DNA of 64,000 nt. Source: Myxococcota bacterium. GTDB lineage: Bacteria > Myxococcota_A > UBA9160 > SZUA-336. The notes beneath the pieces were generated by a model. It was given only the letters and a program-made list of their open reading frames with translations, searched no databases and was not told the DNA's origin. The stretch covers positions 1,888,001 through 1,952,000 of the forward strand of contig CBDFGR010000003.1 of NCBI GenBank assembly GCA_965247115.1, written 5' to 3'. The stretch's first letter is position 1. Each line of letters opens with the position of its first letter. Shown piece by piece: positions 62,298 to 64,000 of the stretch. Made by a program: the position numbers and the translations under genes.

Positions 62298-64000
62298 CTA
62301 CGTCAAGTTCCGTTCTCTGGGCGCGCGGCGTTTCTGCACGAGCTCGAGGCGCACTCCGCCCAGGGCGGCTCGCTCTGAGCGTTTCCAGACCGTGATGGCG
62401 AGCTGGTTGTCGGCGTCCGGGTCGACGATTCCCCAGGGTAGAAAGAAACGACGCTGCGGGCCGCGTTCGGGCCAGTAGCGACCGATCAGGTAGCCGTTCA
62501 CGTACAGGTTGGCCTTGCCTCGTCCCGGCTCAAGGGCCAGACACAGTGCGGTCGCCTTGGTGTCGACTCCCTGCAGCCGGAACTGCGCCTCGTAGAGCCC
62601 TACACCGTCTGGCTCGCCCGTCCAGCCGTGCGGGAGGTTTACCTCCTGTACGGCGGTTCTCTCGACGCCCTCGAAGGCGACGACCGGAGTCATGCCTTGC
62701 TCACCCCGGACGAGTCCGCCGCGGAAGCGCCAGCGGGTCGACGTGCCACCCGTGTCGACGCGAACGATTCCACGCGGGTTCGCGAAATCATCCGCGAAGC
62801 CCTTGTTGTGACCAAGGCTCTCCACGAGCACAACGATCGTATTGCGTCCCTCTCCGAGCGTCTGTGGAGGCACCGCAATCCGTGCGATCCGGGCGCCGTC
62901 CGGCCCGATCCCGAGCGTATTTTTGAACTGATCCCCCGCCGCAACGAGCGATCCGTTGATCCAGACAGCCCAGCAGTGGCGTGCGTCCAGCAGCAGTCGA
63001 TCCAGGTGACCGTTGAAGCTGCCGCGATACCAAATGCAGCCGTAGTGGACGCCGAGCGCATCGATGTCGATCTGGCCGAGCTCGACCTGGCCGGCCGGAA
63101 TCTCGTCCCAGTCGGAGTCGTCGTAGGCAGGATCGATCTGAGGGCTCGCCCCTCCGAACGTCCAGCGGCCGAGATCCGGCAGCGGCGACGGCGTAGATGC
63201 GGGGCTGGGAGTCGGCTCGGGAAGCTCGGGGCTCACCGCTTCGAGCGACCCGTTCTCGTCATAGACACGAATCTGTGTCTCCCACGGCGCGAGCGTGCTG
63301 CGCTCCGCCTCCGGCGTGGGCACCGGATTGGGCCGCGGCAGGGTGTTGCGAAGGTACTGGAAGCTTCGCCGGGGTCCCCTGCGGGAGAGCAAGTGCTCGG
63401 GACACCACGGGGCGTGGGACTGGTCCCGCTCGGTCTCGACAAGGTCCTCCTCGAACTCAGCCAGGAACTCGTTCAGCCTGCGCACGGCCTCGTAGGCCGT
63501 TCCGGTGAGGCCGGACTCACCGATCGGAGCCGCATAGTCGTAGGAGCTGTAGACGTCGGGGCCCGCCATGTAGCCCCAGCTCACCCCCCCGGAGAACATG
63601 TAGTAGTTCCAGAGCGTGGCCCGCTGGCTGAGCGCCGCCTTGGTCACGCTGTCTACGACAAGGGCCCCGAGAAGCTCGCGGATCCTGTCGTAGCCCGGAC
63701 CGCCCCAACCGTCGTACCAGCCGGCCTGCAGCTCCGCGTAGAACTGAGGGGTCGTATCGCGGTGCGCGTCGAGCGCAGCCTCGTCGCCGAGGAACGCGTC
63801 GAAGCTCCTGCGATCTGCTCGCCAATCCTTCTGGAAGGACGTGACGGGATAGCGATCGAGCGCGATCAGGTCGGCGTCCATCTGGCGACCCGAGACCACA
63901 GAGACGTCGTTGTGCGAGATGGGCACCTGGACACCGCGCTCCCGCAGCAGCTCGTAGAGCTCCCGCATGTAGCGACTGGTCTGACCGCGCGCCCCGCCAC
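62298..64000 (-). CDS. GH35 beta-galactosidase (5' part outside window)
   Basis: AELQAGWYDGWG, NYYMFSGGVSWG, SSYDYAAPIGESG, YVNGYLIGRYW..GPQ. Confidence 0.92.
   Translation of the reverse strand, partial: GGARGQTSRYMRELYELLRERGVQVPISHNDVSVVSGRQMDADLIALDRYPVTSFQKDWRADRRSFDAFLGDEAALDAHRDTTPQFYAELQAGWYDGWGGPGYDRIRELLGALVVDSVTKAALSQRATLWNYYMFSGGVSWGYMAGPDVYSSYDYAAPIGESGLTGTAYEAVRRLNEFLAEFEEDLVETERDQSHAPWCPEHLLSRRGPRRSFQYLRNTLPRPNPVPTPEAERSTLAPWETQIRVYDENGSLEAVSPELPEPTPSPASTPSPLPDLGRWTFGGASPQIDPAYDDSDWDEIPAGQVELGQIDIDALGVHYGCIWYRGSFNGHLDRLLLDARHCWAVWINGSLVAAGDQFKNTLGIGPDGARIARIAVPPQTLGEGRNTIVVLVESLGHNKGFADDFANPRGIVRVDTGGTSTRWRFRGGLVRGEQGMTPVVAFEGVERTAVQEVNLPHGWTGEPDGVGLYEAQFRLQGVDTKATALCLALEPGRGKANLYVNGYLIGRYWPERGPQRRFFLPWGIVDPDADNQLAITVWKRSERAALGGVRLELVQKRRAPRERNLT

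Overview
This is a GC-rich bacterial chromosome segment, mostly housekeeping and metabolic genes. Gene content and order suggest a Myxococcota/deltaproteobacterial-type organism, but this is an inference. Left part: YqgE/AlgH, M18 aminopeptidase, TPR lipoprotein, split transhydrogenase (pntA1-A2-B), queuosine-salvage glycosylase, M1 aminopeptidase, FGGY kinase, haloalkane dehalogenase and a two-subunit NDP-forming acyl-CoA synthetase. Next is a divergent unit: LLM-LLM-MMPL/cNMP on one side, and TLC/HEAT/cNMP-small membrane protein-Na+:solute symporter on the other. The middle holds a 14.7-kb partial flagellar cluster (fliR-flhB-flhA-flhF-HDOD-orf-flgFGAHIJNKL-csrA-fliW), cut off at its upstream end by an intact IS5-family element. 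Right part: NUDIX, LLM, rhomboid, rlmD-like, exeB/exeA-like, type II PanK, rplU-rpmA-obgE-proB-proA-nadD-rsfS-gpmI-comF, a PAS-HisKA-REC protein and a partial GH35. I found no rRNA, tRNA, CRISPR or defence system. The best unexplained signals are non-coding. (1) A 110-185 bp intergenic repeat in 5 copies whose three hairpins show compensatory changes. (2) A candidate ~160-nt GGA-rich sRNA bounded by a promoter and a terminator, in a genome with CsrA plus FliW. (3) IS flanks that do not rebuild a single empty site. (4) A flagellar cluster with HDOD plus a small ORF where flhG-fliA usually lie, and no flgM. (5) Pervasive leaderless-type promoters, including an overlapping bidirectional one. (6) A relay of coupled 7-aa mini-ORFs. 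Two frameshifts (flgL and the TLC/HEAT gene) sit in simple repeats and may be sequencing errors. All calls come from visual motif recognition; no database searches were run.
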